Assembly (NCBI GenBank): GCA_039030515.1
Contig: JBCCEA010000002.1
Location: forward strand, 32,001-96,000
Reading direction: 5' to 3'
From: Myxococcota bacterium
Lineage (GTDB): Bacteria > Myxococcota_A > Polyangia > Polyangiales > Houyiibacteriaceae
Length of the DNA: 64,000 nucleotides
In this document: positions 19,613 through 28,401 of the stretch, piece after piece
Numbering within the stretch: the stretch's first letter is position 1
How the letters are laid out: every line of letters begins with the position of its first letter
Notes under the pieces: model-generated
Seen by the model: only the letters and a program-made list of their open reading frames with translations
Databases searched by the model: none
What the model was told of the DNA's origin: nothing
Position numbers and translations under genes: made by a program

Positions 19613-20935
19613 ATGAACCCACTACAGGATCCGAACTTTCCCTTTCGCCCGGACCGACTCCCTGTTTTTTATGGATGGGTCATCGTCGTAGTCGCCACGG
19701 CCGGAATCATTCTGAGCATCCCCGGCCAAACCATGGGCGTGAGCGTCTTCACCGACGATTTGATCTCCGCAACGGGTCTGTCGCGATTGCAGATCAGCAA
19801 CGCCTATCTGGTCGGAACCCTGCTCAGCGGGCTTTCCCTACCGATGGGGGGTCAACTCCTAGATCGACTTGGCGCACGCGCGATGGTGGTGCTGGCAAGC
19901 CTGTTGCTGGGCGCGACCTTGATGTACTTCAGCTCGATCGACGCGGTCGCGGCTTCACTGGGTGGAGGACTGGCAGCCACCTCGTTGTGCTTGATCTTGG
20001 GGTTCGTCTGCTTGCGATTCAGCGGCCAGGGCATGCTCACGGTCACCTCTCGAACGATGCTCGGCAAATGGTTCGACAAGAAAAGAGGTCGCGTTGCCGG
20101 TACTTCGGGCATGTTCGTCAGTTTTGGCTTCTCCTACGCGCCGCTGCTCCTAAAAGACTTGGTCGACGACTTCGGCTGGCGAGGCGCCTACTGGGCCATG
20201 GCGCTCTGTTCTATCTGTGTGACGGCGAGCCTCGGCTGGCTTTTTTTTCGGGACAATCCCGAGCAGTGCGGTCTGCGCATGGATGGCGGCGACCAAACCG
20301 AACCCTCTTCAGTGATGCAGAAGGAGACGATCTACGACTTTGATCGCGGCGAAGCGATCCGCACGCGAGCGTTTTGGGCCCTCGCTTTGGGGCTCGGCAG
20401 TCATGGGCTGATCATGACCGGAATCACGTTCCACATTCTCGACATCGGCGCAGAAAGCGGCCTGAGCAGTACCGAGTCCGTCGCTTTGTTTTTACCCATG
20501 GCTATGGTCGGTGCCGCGGTGGGAACCTTCGTCGGCTTCCTCGCAGAGCGAGTGAGCCCGTTTACGCTCTTGCTCTGCATGATGGCGTCGATGAGCCTCG
20601 GAATCGTGGGATTCACCTCGCTTCAAGAACTGAAGTGGCTCGCCGTCGTGGGCTTTGGAACCACAGGAGGCTTTTTCTCCAACCTCTCGACGATCGCTCT
20701 GCCGCGCTGGTTTGGACGACTCCATCTGGGAGCGATCGGCGGATTCAAGATGATGTGCCTGGTGCTCGCTACGTCCATCGGCCCGAGCCTCCTCGCGACC
20801 TCGAAGCATCTGACGGGGAGTTATGAACCTGTCCTCTGGCTCACGCTTCTATTGCCGGCGACCGGGGCAATCCTGAGCTTGACCAGTAGAGACCCTCAGG
20901 GCGGCGTTCCCCAAACCGCGCACCGGGCGGCTTGA
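19613..20935 (+). CDS. MFS transporter
   Basis: About 12 TM helices; FYGWVIV, GQLLDRLGAR motif A, WFDKKRG, WFGRLHLGAI. Confidence 0.92.
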   Translation: MNPLQDPNFPFRPDRLPVFYGWVIVVVATAGIILSIPGQTMGVSVFTDDLISATGLSRLQISNAYLVGTLLSGLSLPMGGQLLDRLGARAMVVLASLLLGATLMYFSSIDAVAASLGGGLAATSLCLILGFVCLRFSGQGMLTVTSRTMLGKWFDKKRGRVAGTSGMFVSFGFSYAPLLLKDLVDDFGWRGAYWAMALCSICVTASLGWLFFRDNPEQCGLRMDGGDQTEPSSVMQKETIYDFDRGEAIRTRAFWALALGLGSHGLIMTGITFHILDIGAESGLSSTESVALFLPMAMVGAAVGTFVGFLAERVSPFTLLLCMMASMSLGIVGFTSLQELKWLAVVGFGTTGGFFSNLSTIALPRWFGRLHLGAIGGFKMMCLVLATSIGPSLLATSKHLTGSYEPVLWLTLLLPATGAILSLTSRDPQGGVPQTAHRAA

Positions 20936-20972
20936 TCGTGAGCCTGAAGTTCGGGCGGTGGCCCCGGATCGC

Positions 20973-22298
20973 TCAATTCGCCGACAGAGTCGTTGAAGCG
21001 ACCGAGTTCTGGTCGGGCCAGGGTTCTGCGGTAAGCAGGTAGGCTCCATCCGAGCGAGGCGAGGGATGCACGACCACCTCGTAGGTGCCCTCTTCAAGCT
21101 CCATCGACATGCAGGTCTCCGTTTCACCGATCGAGTGTGGTTCAGCAGCAGAGCGATCGAGCCCGTCGCGGCGAAACAGGCGGATCTTATGACGTGGCCC
21201 TCTGCGCCCTGCATAGGTGCTTCTACGCCCGGAGATCTGAAACCACACCCGCTGAGGAGTCGCGAGGGTAAAACGATAGAGGCGCTCCGAAACACCCTTT
21301 TCTTCGGAGGAAGTTGCCACAGCGAGATCGGAAAACGGCAGCTCGCCGTGCTCGAAAGGGCGATCGATCGATCCGTCCCCAGGCACCGGCAACGGCGACG
21401 GATCGGGGGCAGGGGATTGCTCAAGAACCACCCGACGTACCCGGTCAAGCTGGACGAGATTCAGCAGATTGCGCACGTTCTGACCGTATTGCAGGCCCTC
21501 AGAATCGAGCACGCAACCCTGCGAGCGCCCACGAAACCAGTAGATGTTGGGATGCACCCCGTCCCCCGCCAAACCCAATCGAGGCAGCCGCATCAGCTCC
21601 GGGTGCAGGTCGACCCAAGGCACGCGCAACCCTTGGGCAAGAGCCCGAACCACGGCGTTGTATCGAAACACCCACGCATCACGTTCGGGACTGTCGCCAC
21701 GCGGCAAGATCGTGGAGAGGATGGGAATCACACCTCGAGAGGTGAGTCGCTCGACGATAGACCACATCGCGGTGGTAAACCGATCGATCCGCGGCCCCTG
21801 GAGGTCGTTGGTTCCAAGCATCACCAGGGCAAACCGAGGACGCGCGGAACGCAGCTCCCGTTCGAGGGGTGACTTGGCGCCTCCACGAAGCAAAGCCACG
21901 CTGCTCCAGCCCACCCCGGCGGCCGCGCTTCGTCTCTGGAATACCCGGCCGAGCGCGCTGAAGTGATGTACGGTCGAACGAAGCCATTCCCTTCCGTCGA
22001 GTTCGACGCGATCGGAGGCAAAACAGCTCATGAATCCCCAGTTGACCGTCGCGGAATCCCCGACTTTGGAAAACACCTGGTCGCGCATTCGCTCGTTTGA
22101 AGCACGAATCTCTCTCCAATACGCGGCCAGTTCTGGCGTAATCGGCGAGACTGCCCGCAGCAGTAGATCCTCCGATCGAACCTCGGACGGTGGCGCCTCG
22201 AACGCTTGGGCGGAGACACTTCCTCCAAGGTCGCAGAAACTGAACGTGATCGAAAAGAACACCGAATGAATCGGAAACCAGAATACCGAAGCGCGCAC
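20973..22298 (-). CDS. Secreted SGNH/GDSL hydrolase with a C-terminal beta domain
   Basis: VGDSAT, MLGTND and DGVHP blocks; N-terminal hydrophobic segment. Confidence 0.8.
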   Translation of the reverse strand: MRASVFWFPIHSVFFSITFSFCDLGGSVSAQAFEAPPSEVRSEDLLLRAVSPITPELAAYWREIRASNERMRDQVFSKVGDSATVNWGFMSCFASDRVELDGREWLRSTVHHFSALGRVFQRRSAAAGVGWSSVALLRGGAKSPLERELRSARPRFALVMLGTNDLQGPRIDRFTTAMWSIVERLTSRGVIPILSTILPRGDSPERDAWVFRYNAVVRALAQGLRVPWVDLHPELMRLPRLGLAGDGVHPNIYWFRGRSQGCVLDSEGLQYGQNVRNLLNLVQLDRVRRVVLEQSPAPDPSPLPVPGDGSIDRPFEHGELPFSDLAVATSSEEKGVSERLYRFTLATPQRVWFQISGRRSTYAGRRGPRHKIRLFRRDGLDRSAAEPHSIGETETCMSMELEEGTYEVVVHPSPRSDGAYLLTAEPWPDQNSVASTTLSAN

Positions 22299-22414
22299 GA
22301 CGCTTCCTATCAGACTGAGTTTGGATGGCTACCCAGGCGCGACGAGGCAGAAGCGGTAGCCTCACCCCACCTGTCGGCGGCGCTCGAAGTGCGAACTGCT
22401 ACAACTCGCTCAAC

Positions 22415-23953
22415 ATGTCTGGGACGGTAATCGCCGCGATCGACGCGGGATCCAACGCGGTACGGCTGACGATTTCTGCACTCACCTCGGGCGACCTTAA
22501 CCTTCTCGAGAGCGACCGGGTGGCCGTGCGTCTTGGCCAAGGAACATTCACCCAGGGTGCACTTGACCCCGATACGATGGACGCCTGCGTGCAAACCTTC
22601 GCCCGCTTCCGAGCGCTCTTCGACCATCACGGGGTGACCCTCTACCGAGCCGTAGCGACGAGCGCCGTTCGGAGCGCGCGAAACCGAGAGCAACTACAGG
22701 ATCACATCTGGAAAGAAGCAGGCATTCGTCTCGATATCATCGATGGAGACGAAGAAGCGCGACTCATGAGCCAAGCCGTCGCTCATGCTTTTCAGGATAC
22801 CGCCGTGCCTCCCTGCATGATCGACCTGGGAGGCGGCTCGCTCGAAATCAGCTTGAAATCCCAGAGGAAATGGCGGGTCGCATCGCTGCCCGTGGGAACG
22901 GTACGCTTGCTCGAGGCGTTCGGATTGCAGGGTGCGATGGACGACAGCGAGCACCGAATGGTGAGGCGCTACACCAAGATGGCCATGCGCACCGGAATCA
23001 GCATACCCAAAGAGGGCGTAGGAACTTGCGTGGCCTGTGGCGGAAATGCAGAGGCGCTTACTCGGTTGTTCGGCGAAGCGGGTCCCGTCCCAACACTCGA
23101 GGTCGCCTCCCTTAGAAAGGCACTGCCGCAGTTGCTCTCTGCAGGCACTGAGGAGCGAATGCGACGCTATCGAATCGGACGGGATCGGGCGGAAGTTATC
23201 GCGGTCGCTGCCTTGGTGTTTTCGACCGTCGCAAAACAACTCGGGGCCGTGCGCCTGCTCGTGCCTGGAGTTGGCGTACGGGAGGGGATTCTGGTCGACC
23301 TAAGCCGCGATCTAGACGCTCGAGGCTCCGCTGCAGCGGGGAGTCATTCGAAGAGTCATCGAGAAATCCTGTGGGCTTCGGCCAAAGCCTTTGCCTTAAG
23401 GGTAGGCCACGACATCACCCATGGAGCGCAGGTACGAAGCATTGCGAAAAGCCTCTTTGACGATCTCCAAGCGCTGCACGGACTCGATGCGACCTGGAGC
23501 ACCAGCTTGGAAATCGCGGCGCTACTCCATGATGTCGGAGAGGTGGTCCATCGCAGCGGTCATCACAAGCATAGTGAATACCTGATCCGCAACGGCCGCA
23601 TCCCGGGACTGAAAGGCAAAGAGCGTCAGATCGTGTCGATCCTTGCACGCACGCACCGAAAGGCACCTCCGGATATCGAACGACATGAGGGATTCGCTCT
23701 GCTCAGTGCTGAAGATCGAATCGCAGTGTGCAAAATCGCCGCCATCCTAAGGATAGCCGACGGGCTGGACGCCGACCATCGGCAGCGTTTCTCGTCAGTA
23801 GCGGCCTCGACCGGAGAAGGTAAGGTCACTTTGAGGTGCGCCGTGAAACACGGAAAAACTACCGCGCTACCTACCCTCGAGAAGGTCGAGCTATTCAAAG
23901 AAGTATTTCAGCGCCAACTTGAGATAGAGGTCTTCGAAGATACTCGGAGCTAA
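22415..23953 (+). CDS. ppx: Exopolyphosphatase / pppGpp phosphohydrolase (Ppx/GppA with HD domain)
   Basis: AAIDAGSNAVRL, ATSAVR, IDGDEEA, DLGGGSLE, GVREG, LLHDVG, HHKHS. Confidence 0.92.
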   Translation: MSGTVIAAIDAGSNAVRLTISALTSGDLNLLESDRVAVRLGQGTFTQGALDPDTMDACVQTFARFRALFDHHGVTLYRAVATSAVRSARNREQLQDHIWKEAGIRLDIIDGDEEARLMSQAVAHAFQDTAVPPCMIDLGGGSLEISLKSQRKWRVASLPVGTVRLLEAFGLQGAMDDSEHRMVRRYTKMAMRTGISIPKEGVGTCVACGGNAEALTRLFGEAGPVPTLEVASLRKALPQLLSAGTEERMRRYRIGRDRAEVIAVAALVFSTVAKQLGAVRLLVPGVGVREGILVDLSRDLDARGSAAAGSHSKSHREILWASAKAFALRVGHDITHGAQVRSIAKSLFDDLQALHGLDATWSTSLEIAALLHDVGEVVHRSGHHKHSEYLIRNGRIPGLKGKERQIVSILARTHRKAPPDIERHEGFALLSAEDRIAVCKIAAILRIADGLDADHRQRFSSVAASTGEGKVTLRCAVKHGKTTALPTLEKVELFKEVFQRQLEIEVFEDTRS

Positions 23954-24059
23954 GCAAAAGGTGCTCGGAGCCAAGCAAAAGGTGCTCGGAGCTAAGCAAA
24001 AGGTGCTCGGAGCTAAGCAAAAGGTGCTCGGAGCTAAGCAAAAGGTGCTCGGAGCCAAA
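23943..24059. repeat. 21-bp tandem repeat x~5.5 (CTCGGAGCYAAGCAAAAGGTG) starting in the last codons of ppx
   Basis: First copy contains the ppx TAA (23951-23953); copies 2 and 6 carry CAA at that position. Confidence 0.95.
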
Positions 24060-24061
24060 CG

Positions 24062-24104
24062 AAAAAAGCACGCGCTCTGTACGATAGAGGGCGTGCTTCT
24101 TTTT
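24062..24104. terminator. Bidirectional intrinsic terminator
   Basis: A-tract, AAGCACGCGCTCT/AGAGGGCGTGCTT stem, then T-tract, between convergent ppx and RND genes. Confidence 0.75.
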
Positions 24105-24117
24105 GATGGAAACGCGT

Positions 24118-27100
24118 CTAGGCTTCGGAGCGTGACTCCGCTGGCTGATACCGGAACTCCGAAAAGTCGACTCGATAGAGCACCGAATACATCAGCGGCA
24201 CAAACCCAAGGGTTAATACGGTTGAAAAGACCAGCCCAAACATGATGGCGACACACATGGGCTCCCACATCGGACCTCCACTGATGTACAGCGGAATCAA
24301 GCTGGCGATGGTCGTCGCCGTAGTAAGCAGGATGGGCCGGAGCCGCTGCTGCGCGGACTGGATGACCGCCTGAGCCGGCGATAGACCGTTTTCGTCGATT
24401 TCCAACTGAATCCGGTCGATGAGTACGATCGCGTTGTTGATCACGATACCCGCAAGAGAGACGATGCCCAGCAAGGTCATGAATCCGAAGTAGCTGTTCA
24501 TCGCCAGCAGCCCGAGCACGACGCCAATAAGCGCGAGAGGGATGGCGGTGAGCACGATGGAGGCCTTACGCAGAGAGTTAAACTGCCAGACCAAAAGCAT
24601 GATGATCAGCAATCCCGAAATGGGCAGCTTGGCGCCGATCGCTTCGCTCGACTCTCCGCTGGATTCGATCTCACCGCCGTACTCATAGCGATATCCGAAG
24701 TCCCATGACTTCTTCTGTTCATCCAGCCAGGGAGTGATCTCGTCGAGAACATCGATAGCGGTACGGCCGGCGACGTCAGCCTCGAGTGTCACCACCTTGT
24801 CGCGATCCCACCGGAGCACTTCAGATGGCTGGAACTCCAAATGAATGTCCGCTACTTGGCGTAAAGGCACCGACTCTCCGGTCGACTGGGAAAAAACGTT
24901 GACCGTTTCGAGACGTTCGATATCGCGACGGTCTCGGACCACCGAGCGTAGAAGCACGGGGATCACGTCATCGTCTTCTCGGTAGTTGGTCGTCTCCAAA
25001 CCACTGAGAAACGTCTGCAAAGAGGTCGCTACGTCGTAGTTCGTCATGTTGGCCCGCCGGGCGCGTTCTTCGTCGATCTCCACGTAGAACTTCTTCACCC
25101 GGCTACCCCAGTCGTCAGAGATATTTCGGGTCCCCGTCGTCGATTCGAGTTTCTGTCGCACGTCGTCTACGATCGAGAATACCTGGTCGGTATCTCGTCC
25201 TTGAATGCGTATTTCGATAGGCCGATCTACGGGCGGACCTGAGCTGACCAGGCGGACATGGGTTTTTACGTCCGGATACTGGTCGATGGCCCATCTCTCG
25301 AGCTTCTTCATCAAGGACGCATTTTTCTCGGCTCCGCTGGTGCGGATCATGTACTCGATGCGGCTAGATTTGGATTGAGAGGGGGTGTAGTTCAAAACGA
25401 AGCGCGGCGGAGTCGACGCCACAAAGCTCGTAAACGCCGTCACGCCGTCTGCAGCAAGTTCGTCTCGCATGAACCGATCCACCGATTGAGACATCTCGTC
25501 TGTTCGACTCACGGTGGTGCCGGGCGTGAGCTCAAACGTGGCCATGAACATAGAGCGGTCGGATGGCGGGAAAAATATTTGCGGGATAACTGAAAAGAGC
25601 TGCATGGCGCCCACAAATACGATTGCGACTGCCGCAATGGAGAACCAACGACCCTTCAGAAACCCGAGCAGCACGGAGCGGTAGCCTTGATAGAACTTTG
25701 TCTCGAACTGATCGCCCTTTTGTAGTGCTGGCTTGAGGAAGTATGCACACAGCAGGGCGATCATCGTGATCGCGAGAATCCAAGAGGTCAAAAGCGTGAT
25801 CGTCACCACCACAAACAGCACCCCGGTGTATTCGCCGACCGAGTGTTCCGCTAGGTAGATGGGCAAAAAGGCAGCCGCAGTCGTAAGCGATGAAGTCAGC
25901 AGCGATATCTGGAGCTCTTTACACGCGCCGACCGCCGCATCGAACCCGGATTCGCCCTGGGCCATCCGAACCGTAATCGACTCGCTCACCACGATCGCGT
26001 TGTCCACGAGCAGTCCGAGGGCGATGATCAGGGCGGCAAGCGTCATCTGATCGATCGACACGTCGATGATGGAGAGCACGAAGACCGTCACGATCATCGC
26101 GGTCGGAATAAGACTCGCTACGACAAGCCCCATTCTCAATCCGAGGAACAACAGCATGACCACGAGCACGATGAGAACCGCTTGGATCACGCTCTCGAGG
26201 AACTCGTCGACCTTGGCTTGAACGGTAACCGGTTCGAAAAACACGGTGTGAAAGTCGATGCCGTGCGGGTACACCGTAGGAAGCCGGTCGTAAAGCGCAT
26301 CTACCCGCTTTCCAAGCTCGATGAGATTGCCGCCGTCGCTGAGAGAAACGGCAAACACGAGTGCGTCTTTCCCGTCTGTGCGAACGATCGTGCTCGGCGG
26401 GTCGACATAGGCGCGCTGAATTTCGGCGATGTCCGCGAGATAAACGACATCGTTTGAGTTGGGAACCTGGATCAGCGTGCGCCCAAGTTCTTCGACCGAA
26501 ACGAAGTTGCCGCTGGGCTCGACCACGATCGTTTCGATCTCACCGTCGAATTCACCACCGGGCATGATGATGTTTCGGGCAGAGAGCACCGAGCTGAGCG
26601 AATCCGGAGAGAGTCCGAGCTGGGCGAGCTGGGCATTGTTGTACTCGACGAAGATGCGCTCGTCCTGCGCCCCGAGGATGTCCACTTTGGCGACGTCTTT
26701 GACGCGCAGCAGCTCGTCTCGAACGTCGTCTGCGATCTCCTTCATTTCCGCGCGGGTGAATCCGTCGGAAGTCATCGAGTACATGATGCCGTAGGTGTCA
26801 CCAAACTCGTCGTTTACCTGAGGGATCCCCGCTTCCTCCGGGAGATCACCCTGCATGTCCTCCACTTTACGGCGGAGGTTGTCCCAAATAGGACGCATGT
26901 CCTTGAACTCGTTGCGTATGTTGACGTCGATAATCGAGACGCCGGTGCGGGAAATGCTCTCGATGTAGTCGAGCTCTGGAATCTCCTGTATCGCTTCTTC
27001 GATTGGATCGGTGACCAGCTGTTCGACGCGTTCAGGACTGGCCCCTGAAAAATACGTCGTGACCCGGGCGGTGCGAACCGTGAAACCGGGATCCATCTGC

Positions 27101-27201
27101 CGTGGCATAGCAGCATAAGCAGAAAAACCGGCGACGATCAGAACGGCGATGGCAACCCCGGTCACCCGGGTATGCCTTAGGGCGTAGGATGTGATCGACA
27201 T
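24118..27201 (-). CDS. RND efflux transporter permease subunit
   Basis: 1027 aa; GASPERVE, NDEFGD, ALGLLVDNAIVV, GIVINNAIVLID, RLRPILLTT. Confidence 0.95.
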   Translation of the reverse strand: MSITSYALRHTRVTGVAIAVLIVAGFSAYAAMPRQMDPGFTVRTARVTTYFSGASPERVEQLVTDPIEEAIQEIPELDYIESISRTGVSIIDVNIRNEFKDMRPIWDNLRRKVEDMQGDLPEEAGIPQVNDEFGDTYGIMYSMTSDGFTRAEMKEIADDVRDELLRVKDVAKVDILGAQDERIFVEYNNAQLAQLGLSPDSLSSVLSARNIIMPGGEFDGEIETIVVEPSGNFVSVEELGRTLIQVPNSNDVVYLADIAEIQRAYVDPPSTIVRTDGKDALVFAVSLSDGGNLIELGKRVDALYDRLPTVYPHGIDFHTVFFEPVTVQAKVDEFLESVIQAVLIVLVVMLLFLGLRMGLVVASLIPTAMIVTVFVLSIIDVSIDQMTLAALIIALGLLVDNAIVVSESITVRMAQGESGFDAAVGACKELQISLLTSSLTTAAAFLPIYLAEHSVGEYTGVLFVVVTITLLTSWILAITMIALLCAYFLKPALQKGDQFETKFYQGYRSVLLGFLKGRWFSIAAVAIVFVGAMQLFSVIPQIFFPPSDRSMFMATFELTPGTTVSRTDEMSQSVDRFMRDELAADGVTAFTSFVASTPPRFVLNYTPSQSKSSRIEYMIRTSGAEKNASLMKKLERWAIDQYPDVKTHVRLVSSGPPVDRPIEIRIQGRDTDQVFSIVDDVRQKLESTTGTRNISDDWGSRVKKFYVEIDEERARRANMTNYDVATSLQTFLSGLETTNYREDDDVIPVLLRSVVRDRRDIERLETVNVFSQSTGESVPLRQVADIHLEFQPSEVLRWDRDKVVTLEADVAGRTAIDVLDEITPWLDEQKKSWDFGYRYEYGGEIESSGESSEAIGAKLPISGLLIIMLLVWQFNSLRKASIVLTAIPLALIGVVLGLLAMNSYFGFMTLLGIVSLAGIVINNAIVLIDRIQLEIDENGLSPAQAVIQSAQQRLRPILLTTATTIASLIPLYISGGPMWEPMCVAIMFGLVFSTVLTLGFVPLMYSVLYRVDFSEFRYQPAESRSEA

Positions 27202-27204
27202 GAC

Positions 27205-28401
27205 TCAGTCGTCCTCGGATGTTGGCGCGGAAGTCGCCATCGAAGTGTTGTCTTCTTCGGTCATTCCGTCCTCAGCTGCGATGCCTTCGCGCGGCGGCAC
27301 CCGAACGCGAAGCCCGTCGCTGATTCTGCTCACTCCGGCAGTCACCACCAGCTGCGAGGATTCGACACCCTCCTTGATTTCGATACCGTTCGCGGTGAGG
27401 GAGCCGATCTGAACCGGAGTTCGGTGGACCGTACCGAAACCGGGATCGTCGTTCGAGATTCGGAGCACGTAGACAAATCGACCGTCCCGATCCTCTCCGA
27501 CGGCGACGGAGGGCACGCGAATCTGGGAAGCGGCTTCGGACTCCCGGAAGTTGAACTCCACATCCGCGGCCATGCCTGGCCGAATCGCTTCGGTGTCACC
27601 TTCGAGCCGAATGGTCACCGGAAAGGTCGTGCTGCCTTCGGAGCTCACGCCGACCTCGAACACGCGGGCTTCGAATACCTGTTCACCAACCGCGTCGAAC
27701 ACGACGTCTACCGAATCCCCCTGACGAATACGGGCGATGGTGGATTCGGGAACCGACACCCGCACGTGCATCTGCTTGCCCGACTGGAGCGTCACGATTT
27801 CTTGACCGGCTGTAACGTTCTCATTTTCTTCCACGGGAACTTGGCTGATTTGGCCTTCTGTCGGGGCCACAAGCTTGGTGTACGAGAGTTGACGGCGAAG
27901 CAGTGCCAGGCTTTGACGCGCAGAGCGGACGCTCATCGCTGCAACTTCAGATTCAGCGCGGGCCTCATCGAGCTCTTCACGCGAGGCATTTTGATTTTCG
28001 TAGAGCTTCCGGGTCCGCGCGTAGGACGCGTCAGCACGCATTTTCTCCGCCAGCTCCCGAGACAACTCGGCTTGGGTATCCGTTACCTCGATCTCGTAGT
28101 CGGTGGGATCGAGGGTCGCGATCGGCTGCCCCTGGGTGACGCGATCGCCTAAATTCACGCTTAGGTCCTGAATACGACCGTCGACTCGGAAGCTCAGCCG
28201 CGATTGTTCGCCTGCTTCCGCTGCACCCGAAAAGCGTCGTCTTCGCTCACCATCGTCGGCCGAAACCTGCACGTAGCGGACCGGACGCACGATCGATGCG
28301 TTTTCGGCTTCATCGTCTGCGCCACCACATGCAGAAAGCAGCCCGAGGCTCCCCGCGAAAAAAAGGCTCGCGTGCACATATCTCGTGTTCGCTCGATTCA
28401 C
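27205..28401 (-). CDS. RND periplasmic adaptor (membrane fusion) lipoprotein
   Basis: LSAC lipobox; VRPVR, LSFRVDGRI, LSYTKLVAPTEG, IRPGMAA, VVTAGV. Confidence 0.93.
   Translation of the reverse strand: MNRANTRYVHASLFFAGSLGLLSACGGADDEAENASIVRPVRYVQVSADDGERRRRFSGAAEAGEQSRLSFRVDGRIQDLSVNLGDRVTQGQPIATLDPTDYEIEVTDTQAELSRELAEKMRADASYARTRKLYENQNASREELDEARAESEVAAMSVRSARQSLALLRRQLSYTKLVAPTEGQISQVPVEENENVTAGQEIVTLQSGKQMHVRVSVPESTIARIRQGDSVDVVFDAVGEQVFEARVFEVGVSSEGSTTFPVTIRLEGDTEAIRPGMAADVEFNFRESEAASQIRVPSVAVGEDRDGRFVYVLRISNDDPGFGTVHRTPVQIGSLTANGIEIKEGVESSQLVVTAGVSRISDGLRVRVPPREGIAAEDGMTEEDNTSMATSAPTSEDD

Noticed and set aside
23943..24059. Possible CRISPR array (also 50914-51006)
   Set aside because: Units are head-to-tail with no spacers, and there are no cas genes.
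23891..24268. Short ORFs with LAPSTFC / VLGAKQK peptide repeats
   Set aside because: Translation by-products of the 21-bp DNA repeat; they overlap real genes and a terminator.
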